Made by a program: the position numbers and the translations under genes. A DNA stretch of 64,000 nucleotides from Eledone cirrhosa (taxonomy: Eukaryota), in NCBI GenBank assembly GCA_964016885.1, contig OZ024746.1:3968001-4032000 (forward strand). The letters run 5' to 3'. How positions within the stretch are numbered: the stretch's first letter is position 1; the number at the start of each line of letters is the position of its first letter. Under the pieces are notes generated by a model, which was not told the origin of the DNA, ran no database searches, and was given only the letters and a program-made list of their open reading frames with translations. Below, piece after piece: positions 1-13,736 of the stretch.

Positions 1-684
1 TTTGATACTATCACAGTGGTATGACTTCTCTGTTTAATATTTGATACTATCACAGTGGTATGACTTCTCTGTTTAATATTTGATACTATCACAGTGGTAT
101 GACTTCTCTGTTTAATATTTGATACTATCACAGTGGTATGACTTCTCTGTTTAATATTTGATACTACCACAGTGGTATGACTTCTCTGTTTAATATTTGA
201 TACTATCACAGTGGTATGACTTCTCTGTTTAATATTTGATACTATCACAGTGGTATGACTTCTCTGTTTAATATTTGATACTACCACAGTGGTATGACTT
301 CTCTGTTTAATATTTGATACTACCACAGTGGCATGACTTCTCTGTTTAATATTTGATACTACCACAGTGGTATGACTTCTCTGTTTAATATTTGATACTA
401 TCACAGTGGTATGACTTCTCTGTTTAATATTTGATACTACCACAGTGGTATGACTTCTCTGTTTAATATTCGATACTATCACAGTGGTATGACTTCTCTG
501 TTTAATATTTGATACTACCAGTGTGGTATGACTTCTCTGTTTAATATTTGATACTACCAGTGTGGTATGACTTCTCTGTTTAATATTTGATACTAGCACA
601 GTGGTATGACTTCTCTGTTTAATATTTGATACTACCACAGTGGTATGACTTCTCTGTTTAATATTTGATACTACCAGTGTGGTA
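1..684. repeat. 39-bp tandem minisatellite (TTTGATACTAYCACAGTGGTATGACTTCTCTGTTTAATA), about 17 copies, runs off window start
   Basis: Directly visible 39-bp periodicity with few variants. Confidence 0.97.
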
Positions 685-1147
685 AGCCTACTCCGTTATA
701 TAGAGATATCTGCCTTTGTCCGCGCTTTTTCTTGTCTGCTTTTCTAATTTTCCATCGGTTCGAAGTGATTTAGTCCTAATATTTCGATAAAATTGATAAA
801 TTGTTAAAATACCCCTGGGCAGAATGTGTTGCTTAGAAGAATCGATTAGTTGTGTTGCCATTAACAACGTTTGAAACTAGGACCAACTTCAGTAGTTTAA
901 TGATGCAAAGAGAATTTCGAAATATGCTTAGTTGTTGTTTCTATTTCATTGAATTAACTTTGTATTTAGTCGTACTTCACCAAGTATAACATTAATGCCT
1001 GTTTACTGACTTTGTCGGAGAGAGATATTTTATCTTCTGATTCACACAACCGCTATACTCTATGACAGAGAGATCGACAATTCAGTTGCCTGACATTTTT
1101 CACAACCAGTCAACCACTTCCAGTTTAACAGTGTAATAAATACAAAA

Positions 1148-1455
1148 GGTTAGAGGTTAGAGCGATGGATTCGCAATCGTGAGGTTGTAAGTTCGATTCC
1201 CAACCCGATCGGGGCATTATAACCTTCAGCATTACACTTTATTTTACATTGCGCCAGTTCACTCAGCTAGAAAAGAAAATGATTTGCGACTTCACTGGTG
1301 CTAAGTTGCATCGGCCCTTGCCTTTCTCTTCGACAACATCCTTTGTGTGAGAGGGGAGACTGGTATATATAGGCGATTGTTATTATTCCATAAAAAACAC
1401 CTTGTAAGGGCTTGTCACTCGGAAGGGAACTTCCAAGGTGCAAAACCTATATTCT
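1148..1455 (+). mobile_element. Diverged tRNA-derived SINE (CORE-like central region)
   Basis: B-box GTTCGATTCC at about 1191. Body resembles copies at 37575-37690(-) and 38090-38210(+). 3' part matches the reverse complement of 52140-52300. Confidence 0.65.
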
Positions 1456-1575
1456 ACAAGATATAGATAACAGTGTAAGAGACTGGAGTTTGTACAATGT
1501 TTGCCCGTACACACACATACACGTGCACACCCAAACTCACATTACATACATTATATATATATATATATATATATT

Positions 1576-1761
1576 GAAGTAGTAACACAACAGTTAGTTC
1601 ACCATACCGAGAACAATTTAGCGACTAAATCAAGAAGGTCCGCTTCGAAGTATAAAAGGAATTGTTCTCGGTATGGTGAACTGTTGTGTTACCACTTCTA
1701 CCTAACTCGTCTCATGGATTGAGTGCTCTACCACTAAGGATATTACCTTCCAGTGTTCTAC

Positions 1762-1765
<4 letters not shown>
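1576..1765. mobile_element. (TA)n-flanked fold-back mini-element, PLE pLTR-like
   Basis: About 40-bp inverted arms (1576-1618 / 1660-1699) plus a one-sided tail. Related pieces at 14683-14732, 15258-15328 and 50541-50580. Confidence 0.6.
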
Positions 1766-1794
<29 letters not shown>

Positions 1795-1876
1795 CAATAC
1801 AAATGTTTATAGGTATGTATATATTGGGTTGGACAGAATATTCCCGCCGTTTTTCAAAAGAAGATATTTCTGGACA

Positions 1877-2015
1877 CGTTGAAGTGCCGGATTAGCGGAG
1901 TTAGTAGTACGTTGAAGTGCCGGATTAGCGGAGTTAGTAGTACGTTGAAGTGCCGGATTAGCGGAGTTAGTAGTACGTTGAAGTGCCGGATTAGCGGAGT
2001 TAGTAGTACGTTGAA
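1877..2015. repeat. 33-bp tandem repeat, about 4 copies
   Basis: CGTTGAAGTGCCGGATTAGCGGAGTTAGTAGTA repeated perfectly. Confidence 0.95.
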
Positions 2016-2187
2016 GGAGGCGACTTGAAGTGTTCTTTTCTTTTTGTGTTCTTAGTTCAAATACCAATGTGGCTTACCTTGGTGGGAGCATATCCCCCGG
2101 TTTAACATCACCGACTGTCTCTCGGGTTACTTTAGCAGAGTCTCCCCTCTTACAAGGATTTTGTAGAAGATATCCGCCTCATATATC

Positions 2188-4034
2188 TCTTAGTCTTAGT
2201 TCCTCCAGTCCCCTGTGGAACATTGGGCGACGAGCTTCCTCCACTTGATCCTGTCACTGGCGGCCCTTCTAGCACCTCTCCAGTTAATTCCCATCTCCCG
2301 CAGGTCCTCCCTGAATGTGCCCCGCCATGTTTTTCGTGGTCTTCCCCGTTCTCTCCTGCCACCTTCTGGTACCCAATTCATAGCAATATGAGCAGGTCGA
2401 TCTGCCGGCAAACGAAGGATGTGGCCCGCGAACCGCCGTCTCCTTTTCCGGACAATGTCCCTTAACCTCTCCAATCCTGACCTCCTAATCACTTCCTCGT
2501 TGCTAACTTGGTCTCTCCATGAAATTTTCAATATGGTCCGAATGCAACGACGGTGGAATACATCAAGCTTGTTACATACACTTTCCGTACTCTTCCATGT
2601 CTCACAGGCATATATCGCTGTTGGTACTACAATGGACATGTAAACACGGAGTTTGACGGCGTTGCCGATGGAACACCTGGACCACACCGGACGGAGTCGC
2701 TGGAAGACCGCCACTGCTTTTCCCAGCCTTGTGCGTACATCCACCTCAGCATCCCCATCGTCAGAGATGTTGCTGCCAAGGTATTGGAAGTGGTTTACAC
2801 ATTCAATGTTACGCTGACCAACCATGATGGGAGGATTTGGAGGGTCACCTGCCGACATGGTCTTGGTTTTGGTTTTTTCACAACTGATGCGCAGGCCAAC
2901 TTTCTCTGCATTGTCATTTAGAACGTTTGTCATCTCTTGCAGGTCTTCTCGGGAATGGCCTATCACTGCGATGTCATCGGCAAAGTCCAGGTCGCTTAAT
3001 CTCCTTCCATCCCAACTGATGCCAAAACGAGGGTCACTGATTGTCTTCTTCATGATGAAATCGATGACAATGAGGAAAAGGAAAGGCGAAAGGATGCAAC
3101 CTTGTCGAACACCCGTCAAGATGTCAAACATTTCCGTGTTTCCGTCCTTTGTCCTAACGCAGCACCTGGAATGTCGGTACAGCGACCTGAAGATGTTATT
3201 ATATTTCTCTGGGACACCGTAGAGTCTTACAATCTTCCACAATGACTCCCGATGAACACTGTCGAAATCTTTCCTGAAGTCAATGTAGTTGACAAGGGAC
3301 TTATGGAACTCCCGACATTGTTCAATGATATTCCGGAGAGTGAAGATCTGCTCTGAACAAGACCTTCCACTGCGGAAGCCAGCCTGTTCGTCTCGAAGAT
3401 GACGATCTACTTCTGCTCTCAGCCGGTTCAGGATGACTGTGCAGAATACCTTCCCTGGCACTGATAGCAACGTGATCCCTCTCCAGTTGTTGCAGTCGCT
3501 CGCTGAGACAGCCCTTCTTCGGTAGTGGTACAATCACTCCATTTCCCCAGTCTTCCGGCACCTCCTCTTCTTGCCAAATCACATTGCATAAATGGGTGAG
3601 CAGCTCCTCTATTACATCCTTGCCGTGCTTCAGAAGCTCTGCAGGAATCTCATCCAGCCCTGCCGCTTTGTTATTCTTTTGGCAGCGGGTGGCCTTGGCC
3701 ACCTCAGCTCTTGTGATGTCGTCTAGTCGTACATCCAGCCGGTAGCTCGCTTCCTCCCAGTCAAGCTCAAAGACTGTGTTGGGGGATGGCTGATTGAGGA
3801 CCTCACGAAAGTGTTCGTTCCACCTCTGGGCCTGCTCTTCACTGGCTGCAAGCATCCGACCATCTTTGCTCTTGATTGGCAAACTGCTTCCACTTCATTC
3901 TCCAGTTAACTCTCTGACGATCCGGTACAGCGTCTTGGAATCATTTCGATCTGCTGCCACTTGTGCCTCTGGAGCCCGTTCTTATAACCACTGGCGCTTG
4001 TCTTTTCGACAGCTCTTCTTTACTTCCTTGTCAG
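2188..4034 (-). mobile_element. RTE-clade LINE, 5'-truncated, disrupted (RT domain and C-terminus)
   Basis: ORFs 3322-3882 and 2196-3533 carry NWRGITLLS, EQAGFR, GVRQGCILSP, LDFADD and FQYLGS. Frameshift near 3500 and in-frame stops near 3900-3990. Short (CTAAGA)2 tail. Confidence 0.93.
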
Positions 4035-4088
4035 AGAATAGACTATTTATTTGTTGTTGTTGTTGTCAGCGGGACTTACTTACTTACT

Positions 4089-4125
<37 letters not shown>

Positions 4126-4256
4126 GATAAATCTACCAAGAGTTTACGGTAGTGTCCAATCCGTATGAAGAACTCAATGTATTCCGGATATCATGGGAAG
4201 AAGAGATGTAATGAAAATCCACTTTCGGTGAAAGATAAACGGTATACAGAGTCAAG

Positions 4257-5273
4257 ATAAAATATTAAACAAATAATGAACAAACAATTCCTTATATTAA
4301 ACAAAAAAAGTTCACTATTTAACGATCGTTTCTAGGGTATATATGTGTTATAATTGGTATGCATATTCAACAGATCTATGTACAAAATTATACAAAATTA
4401 TACAAATTATCAAGATTAAATATACATACCTAACACATATATACGCCGTCTTCAGAAATAATGAAGTATATTTATTGATAATAACAACAATTCAAAATAT
4501 CAGTTCAAAATTGACCAATGAAAACACAAAGGGTTAAAAGCAGTTTGGTGTGTGTATATACATGTAAAATCCTTACACATATTTTACAATAATGTGTGTA
4601 TAATTTGTATGTGCATACTAAAAAGATGGATGCAAACACAAAATTTCAAGGTTAATATCTCTGTAAGCTTAATGCGCTGATAAGATGCGCAATGATACTT
4701 ATGGAGTCAAGCATATAAATATATTTTTTTCATACTCACACATATCAGTATAATCACACATACATGCGCGTATATGCATAAATATACACATAACCACGAA
4801 CATACAAACACACACACTCCCCCACTCACATTTATATATGTGGATATAAAATCATAAGCAAATAGAAATTAAGTCACTCACATAAAACACTGGCACACAC
4901 ATTTCAAGATCAAGATACAGAAATTAGGTGGGAGGGGGGGGAAGGGTCAGTATTAGATTGTCAGAGCAGACTGCCTAATATAAATGTATCTATAAATTAA
5001 GAAAAATAAAAAAATAAAAACAATAAAATATAATAAATATAATATAATGTACATACACATACAGATATACATACATATACATATATGTACGCGCACATAG
5101 AGATATTTACGCATACACACATACACACATACGTATACAGTCATACACACACATACACTTACACAAACATACACATACACATATAAAAAGATATATATAC
5201 ACACATACACACACGCGCAACACATACACACATACACATATATATAAAAAATAGATAATAAAGATATATATCC

Positions 5274-5352
<79 letters not shown>

Positions 5353-5441
5353 TATACACATACATACCCATACATCTAAATATACATACACATACATACA
5401 CACATACATGTATATACATGTACATACATATACGCACATCG

Positions 5442-5497
<56 letters not shown>

Positions 5498-5839
5498 TCA
5501 CATAGACATAAAGATACATATACACACAACTTACATACACACGCATATATATATATATATATATATATATAGATGTACCTTCATACATAGAATTAGATAT
5601 ATAATCATACATACATATGCACCTACTTATACTCATATAAATAAATACATACGCTTCCATATATGTGTATACACATAAAAAACAATACCACCTCACCAAA
5701 CTCAGACATACAAATGAAAATAATAATAAAAAAACGCATATGTATATACATACACACACGCATTAATAGAGATATATATATATACACACGTACATACACA
5801 CACATATATATACATACACACACATATACATACACATAC

Positions 5840-5898
<59 letters not shown>

Positions 5899-5905
5899 TA
5901 GACTC

Positions 5906-5936
<31 letters not shown>

Positions 5937-6218
5937 AACATATATATCCACACACTCATACCACCATAAATACACATACAAACACCCACATGTATATATA
6001 TATATATATCCACATACACACACGTACACATATATATATATATATACACATATACACATACATATATATATATACACACACATAAAAAACAGACATGCAC
6101 ATATACATATATATATATATATTTCATTACTCTTATATATACACATAGTATATATACATACACAACCTCACTTATACACATATACACATAAGTTATATTA
6201 CAATAATAATAAAGAATA

Positions 6219-6253
<35 letters not shown>

Positions 6254-8183
6254 TATATACATATATATATATATACATACATACACATACATACATACAC
6301 ATAAATATATACATACATAAATACACACATACGAATAAAGACATATATTCACACATAGACACCTATATACATATATATATATATATATATATCTATATAT
6401 ATATATATACATATATACATATATATATATATATACACATACACACACACACACACACACAGACACACATACACACTCACATATATATATATATATATAT
6501 GTGTATGTGAGTATGCGCACACACACATATATACACACACACATACAAACACACACAAACACATACATATGCATACGTGCACACACACACACATATATCA
6601 CATAGATACGAAGATAAACATATAAATAGAGAGACATACAAATATATACACAACACATATACACATACATACATACACGCTTATACATATACATACATAT
6701 ATACACATATATATATTCCTATATACAAGCATACACATACATACACATATATACATATACATACACATATACATACCACACATTCACATACACATACATA
6801 TATAATATACATATATATATACATATATATACATACATATGTATGTACAATCATATATACACACTCAATCTTACATTCATATTTACATGCTCATATATGT
6901 ATTTTTATATTTAGAAATAAATACCAAAACCTATATAGACACCTACCTACATATACATTCATACATATACGCTTACAAATACAGATGATAATAGTATGGG
7001 GGAAAGGGGGGGTTTGGAGAAGGGGATCAAAGTAAATATATGTTTCAAGAAACATATAATATTTTCCGTATCTTAATTCAATGTATGTTCTTACATATTT
7101 TCAGTGCTAAGAAATACGAAATCTATGCATCTCAAAATAAATAAGTATACCATTAATCATATGTTAACTAAACCAAAGATAGTCAACATATTGATTTCTA
7201 AGGTGTAAATTAGTTAGGTTTATAATATTTGAAGCAGAATTATGAAGTCAAACAGTAGTAGATTATTAATTACATTATAACTAAATTAAAGTTAATAATG
7301 TTATGGTATCAATATTAGGAGATGAATTTAGTAATAGGGAAAAGAAACCCAAATAAAAATAAAATAAAGTATTACATCGGTAGTAGCATATAAATTATAT
7401 GTTAACTAAATTAAAAATTATATATTTATTTCAATAGTATACGTTAATTAGTATATGTTAATTAGGTATACAATACATAAAGCAGATATTGTATTTCATC
7501 AATAGCATAATATAAATATGCAAATAAAAATCAAAATTAATACGCATACATATACATATACATACACATACACATATACATACATATACACACATATATA
7601 TATATATATATATACATATATATACACACATATACATATATACACACATAAATATACATACAGATACACATACACAACACACACATATACATATACATAT
7701 ACATATACATATCTTTTTCAAAAAATTGCACAGAATATATTAACTAGGTATATATCCAAAACACATCCCATTCTATGATTACATGACATTCTGCAATTCG
7801 TCTGTACAAGGATACTAATTTTAAGCAAATTAAAATTAAAGTTTTAGGTTGATTAAAACTAAAACCAAATAATAAATATATTTCCAAAATGTATATTAAT
7901 TAGGTCTATAATACTAAAAATTCTTTCTCCGTCATTGGATACATGATATTATTTTGTTATATTTTATCTGTAAAAGAATTATAATAAAAAGGTTTAAATA
8001 AATTAAAATAAATTAAAATTAATCTATAAATTAAATTACTGAGTATATATTAGTAATATTTAAAGGTTTTTCAAAATTTATGATTACATAATATTTTCTC
8101 ATCTGTAATAAAATATTAATTAAATTAAATTTATAGGTTAACTAACATTTAAATTAAATTAATTTCTAGAATAATGTTATTAA
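4257..8183 (-). repeat. Left inverted arm (inverted copy of PLE 3' UTR/pLTR)
   Basis: Reverse complement of 9805-13745. ORF track shows mirror ORFs (e.g. 4343-4537+ and 13465-13659-). Differences are mainly microsatellite length plus rare substitutions. Confidence 0.97.
4311..4465 (-). ncRNA. Type I hammerhead ribozyme motif with extended stem II (inverted copy)
   Basis: Reverse complement of 13537-13691. Confidence 0.7.
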
Positions 8184-9808
8184 AAAATAGATCTAATTTA
8201 ACTTCGGATGACATTAACATTATTACACATGCTAGACAAACACTTATTGAATTTCAGAATGAATACTGGACCAGAAACACATACAGTAATCTTTTTGATA
8301 TTACTATGGGTTCAAGCGATTCCGCCCAAATTACTGATCTTGTGGGCCTCTTTCTCCTTTTCAACATAAATGCCTCTTTTCCCCACCTCAAAGGTGGTTT
8401 ATATCGTGATGACTGTCTTCTTCTTTCTAACAACCTTAGCCTTTCAGAAATCGAAAAAAACAAAAAGCATATTAGAACTTTCCTTAAAGACTATTATAAT
8501 CTTAATATTACTTTTGAAAAAACAAGTAAAGTAGTAAATTTCCTAGATATAACTTTAGATTTAGCTACGGGTATATACCAACCTTACCATAAACCTAACC
8601 AAAACTTACATTACATACACTCACAATCTAATCACCCTAAATCTATCCTTAAAAACCTTGCATATAATATATCACTTAGAATTTCTAACCTTTCTTCTAA
8701 CCAAGATGTATTTGATAAAAATGCGACCTTTTATAATGAAGCTCTAGATAGAAGTGGCCACAAAAATAGATTAGAGTATATACCTTCTACTAAAAATACT
8801 GAAAGTATACAGCATAATATTACCAACAAACACCAAATGAAAAGTACACACCTAAATGCCACCCACAATATACCCCAAAATACTAAATCTTCTAATATAA
8901 AGTATAGTAACCCTCAAAAAACTACTCATCATACAACTATAATAAATATTAATAATAAAACTCCTAATAAAAAAGATAAAACACCTAAATCTACAAATAT
9001 AACTAAAAATAGTTGTGGTGAGATCATTAACATTAATCCTCCTAGTAAAAATCATGATACAACATATAAAAATAATAAAAATAATAAACAACATAGAAAC
9101 CGTAATAGACGAGTTACTTGGTATAATGCTCCTTTTAATTTACAAGTTAAGGATAATATTGCTAAAAAATTTTTTTATATCCTTGAGAAAAACTTCCCGC
9201 CAAACCACAAATACCATCAAATCTTAAATAGGTCTACAGTTAAATTCTCATACTCTACAACAAATAACATAAAACAAAATATAAGTGCATATAATGCATA
9301 TAAATGTAAGAAAACCATAAGTATACCACCAGTACATCAAATTAACAATAATATCTCCTCAAATACAGAATTAACGAAAGGATGTAACTGTAGAAACAAA
9401 ACAAACTGCCCATTAAAAGGGAATTGTCTTGTTAACAACATAGTCTATAAATGTAATGTTAAAACTAAAGATTCTATTTGCTCATATATAGGAGCTACCT
9501 CTAACAATTTTAAGACAAGATATAATACCCACAAACATAGCTTTAAAAATGCCGCACTGGCTAATACAACATCTCTAGCAGAAAAAATCAATAGTTATAA
9601 AAATAAAAATATAAAGTATGATTTGACCTGGAGTGTGCTCAAAAGAGCCACCCCTTATCAAAATAATAGAAAGGAATGTAGATTATGTTCCCAAGAACTA
9701 TTTGAAATAATGAAGTCTAAGGATATCTTATTAAATAAACGACAGGAATTAATTATATCGTGTAATCATAAACTAAAAAAAACATTTAAATATTATAAAC
9801 CTAATTAA
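8174..9808 (+). CDS. PLE (Naiad-like) reverse transcriptase C-half plus GIY-YIG endonuclease, 5'-truncated, 544 aa uninterrupted
   Basis: FDITMGSSDSAQITDLVGL, GLYRDD, VNFLDITL, YHKPN..YIH..SNHP, WYNAPF, CNCR..CPLKGNCL, IVY..YIG, FKTRY..H, CRLC..E, LLNKR..CNH. N-terminal RT motifs are absent and the ATG is supplied by the inverted arm. Confidence 0.9.
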   Translation: MLLKNRSNLTSDDINIITHARQTLIEFQNEYWTRNTYSNLFDITMGSSDSAQITDLVGLFLLFNINASFPHLKGGLYRDDCLLLSNNLSLSEIEKNKKHIRTFLKDYYNLNITFEKTSKVVNFLDITLDLATGIYQPYHKPNQNLHYIHSQSNHPKSILKNLAYNISLRISNLSSNQDVFDKNATFYNEALDRSGHKNRLEYIPSTKNTESIQHNITNKHQMKSTHLNATHNIPQNTKSSNIKYSNPQKTTHHTTIININNKTPNKKDKTPKSTNITKNSCGEIININPPSKNHDTTYKNNKNNKQHRNRNRRVTWYNAPFNLQVKDNIAKKFFYILEKNFPPNHKYHQILNRSTVKFSYSTTNNIKQNISAYNAYKCKKTISIPPVHQINNNISSNTELTKGCNCRNKTNCPLKGNCLVNNIVYKCNVKTKDSICSYIGATSNNFKTRYNTHKHSFKNAALANTTSLAEKINSYKNKNIKYDLTWSVLKRATPYQNNRKECRLCSQELFEIMKSKDILLNKRQELIISCNHKLKKTFKYYKPN

Positions 9809-11738
9809 TAACATTATTCTAGAAATTAATTTAATTTAAATGTTAGTTAACCTATAAATTTAATTTAATTAATATTTTATTACAGATGAGAAAATATTAT
9901 GTAATCATAAATTTTGAAAAACCTTTAAATATTACTAATATATACTCAGTAATTTAATTTATAGATTAATTTTAATTTATTTTAATTTATTTAAACCTTT
10001 TTATTATAATTCTTTTACAGATAAAATATAACAAAATAATATCATGTATCCAATGACGGAGAAAGAATTTTTAGTATTATAGACCTAATTAATATACATT
10101 TTGGAAATATATTTATTATTTGGTTTTAGTTTTAATCAACCTAAAACTTTAATTTTAATTTGCTTAAAATTAGTATCCTTGTACAGACGAATTGCAGAAT
10201 GTCATGTAATCATAGAATGGGATGTGTTTTGGATATATACCTAGTTAATATATTCTGTGCAATTTTTTGAAAAAGATATGTATATGTATATGTATATGTA
10301 TATGTGTGTGTTGTGTATGTGTATCTGTATGTATATTTATGTGTGTATATATGTATATGTGTGTATATATATGTATATATATATATATATATATGTGTGT
10401 ATATGTATGTATATGTGTATGTGTATGTATATGTATATGTATGCGTATTAATTTTGATTTTTATTTGCATATTTATATTATGCTATTGATGAAATACAAT
10501 ATCTGCTTTATGTATTGTATACCTAATTAACATATACTAATTAACGTATACTATTGAAATAAATATATAATTTTTAATTTAGTTAACATATAATTTATAT
10601 GCTACTACCGATGTAATACTTTATTTTATTTTTATTTGGGTTTCTTTTCCCTATTACTAAATTCATCTCCTAATATTGATACCATAACATTATTAACTTT
10701 AATTTAGTTATAATGTAATTAATAATCTACTACTGTTTGACTTCATAATTCTGCTTCAAATATTATAAACCTAACTAATTTACACCTTAGAAATCAATAT
10801 GTTGACTATCTTTGGTTTAGTTAACATATGATTAATGGTATACTTATTTATTTTGAGATGCATAGATTTCGTATTTCTTAGCACTGAAAATATGTAAGAA
10901 CATACATTGAATTAAGATACGGAAAATATTATATGTTTCTTGAAACATATATTTACTTTGATCCCCTTCTCCAAACCCCCCCTTTCCCCCATACTATTAT
11001 CATCTGTATTTGTAAGCGTATATGTATGAATGTATATGTAGGTAGGTGTCTATATAGGTTTTGGTATTTATTTCTAAATATAAAAATACATATATGAGCA
11101 TGTAAATATGAATGTAAGATTGAGTGTGTATATATGATTATACATACATATGTATGTATATATATGTATATATATATGTATATTATATATGTATGTGTAT
11201 GTGAATGTGTGGTATGTATATGTGTATGTATATGTATATATGTGTATGTATGTGTATGCTTGTATATAGGAATATATATATGTGTATATATGTATGTATA
11301 TGTATAAGCGTGTATGTATGTATGTGTATATGTGTTGTGTATATATTTGTATGTCTCTCTATTTATATGTTTATCTTCGTATCTATGTGATATATGTGTG
11401 TGTGTGTGCACGTATGCATATGTATGTGTTTGTGTGTGTTTGTATGTGTGTGTGTATATATGTGTGTGTGCGCATACTCACATACACATATATATATATA
11501 TATATATGTGAGTGTGTATGTGTGTCTGTGTGTGTGTGTGTGTGTGTATGTGTATATATATATATATATGTATATATGTATATATATATATATAGATATA
11601 TATATATATATATATATGTATATAGGTGTCTATGTGTGAATATATGTCTTTATTCGTATGTGTGTATTTATGTATGTATATATTTATGTGTATGTATGTA
11701 TGTGTATGTATGTATGTATATATATATATATGTATATA

Positions 11739-11773
<35 letters not shown>

Positions 11774-12055
11774 TATTCTTTATTATTATTGTAATATAAC
11801 TTATGTGTATATGTGTATAAGTGAGGTTGTGTATGTATATATACTATGTGTATATATAAGAGTAATGAAATATATATATATATATGTATATGTGCATGTC
11901 TGTTTTTTATGTGTGTGTATATATATATATGTATGTGTATATGTGTATATATATATATATATGTGTACGTGTGTGTATGTGGATATATATATATATATAC
12001 ATGTGGGTGTTTGTATGTGTATTTATGGTGGTATGAGTGTGTGGATATATATGTT

Positions 12056-12086
<31 letters not shown>

Positions 12087-12093
12087 GAGTCTA

Positions 12094-12158
<65 letters not shown>

Positions 12159-12500
12159 GTATGTGTATGTATATGTGTGTGTATGTATATATATGTGTGT
12201 GTATGTACGTGTGTATATATATATATCTCTATTAATGCGTGTGTGTATGTATATACATATGCGTTTTTTTATTATTATTTTCATTTGTATGTCTGAGTTT
12301 GGTGAGGTGGTATTGTTTTTTATGTGTATACACATATATGGAAGCGTATGTATTTATTTATATGAGTATAAGTAGGTGCATATGTATGTATGATTATATA
12401 TCTAATTCTATGTATGAAGGTACATCTATATATATATATATATATATATATATGCGTGTGTATGTAAGTTGTGTGTATATGTATCTTTATGTCTATGTGA

Positions 12501-12560
<60 letters not shown>

Positions 12561-12649
12561 CGATGTGCGTATATGTATGTACATGTATATACATGTATGT
12601 GTGTATGTATGTGTATGTATATTTAGATGTATGGGTATGTATGTGTATA

Positions 12650-12728
<79 letters not shown>

Positions 12729-13736
12729 GGATATATATCTTTATTATCTATTTTTTATATATATGTGTATGTGTGTATGTGTTGCGCGTGTGTGTATGTG
12801 TGTATATATATCTTTTTATATGTGTATGTGTATGTTTGTGTAAGTGTATGTGTGTGTATGACTGTATACGTATGTGTGTATGTGTGTATGCGTAAATATC
12901 TCTATGTGCGCGTACATATATGTATATGTATGTATATCTGTATGTGTATGTACATTATATTATATTTATTATATTTTATTGTTTTTATTTTTTTATTTTT
13001 CTTAATTTATAGATACATTTATATTAGGCAGTCTGCTCTGACAATCTAATACTGACCCTTCCCCCCCCTCCCACCTAATTTCTGTATCTTGATCTTGAAA
13101 TGTGTGTGCCAGTGTTTTATGTGAGTGACTTAATTTCTATTTGCTTATGATTTTATATCCACATATATAAATGTGAGTGGGGGAGTGTGTGTGTTTGTAT
13201 GTTCGTGGTTATGTGTATATTTATGCATATACGCGCATGTATGTGTGATTATACTGATATGTGTGAGTATGAAAAAAATATATTTATATGCTTGACTCCA
13301 TAAGTATCATTGCGCATCTTATCAGCGCATTAAGCTTACAGAGATATTAACCTTGAAATTTTGTGTTTGCATCCATCTTTTTAGTATGCACATACAAATT
13401 ATACACACATTATTGTAAAATATGTGTAAGGATTTTACATGTATATACACACACCAAACTGCTTTTAACCCTTTGTGTTTTCATTGGTCAATTTTGAACT
13501 GATATTTTGAATTGTTGTTATTATCAATAAATATACTTCATTATTTCTGAAGACGGCGTATATATGTGTTAGGTATGTATATTTAATCTTGATAATTTGT
13601 ATAATTTTGTATAATTTTGTACATAGATCTGTTGAATATGCATACCAATTATAACACATATATACCCTAGAAACGATCGTTAAATAGTGAACTTTTTTTG
13701 TTTAATATAAGGAATTGTTTGTTCATTATTTGTTTA

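Noticed and set aside
1150-1210. tRNA gene candidates (also 37620-37690)
   Set aside because: tRNA-like heads of SINEs with no complete cloverleaf
1820-1856. Mariner-like TIR (TATTGGGTTGG..CCGTTTTT)
   Set aside because: No matching second TIR or linked transposase found
8174-10100. Selenoprotein/SECIS as reported for some Naiad elements
   Set aside because: No in-frame TGA in the retained ORF and no convincing SECIS fold by eye
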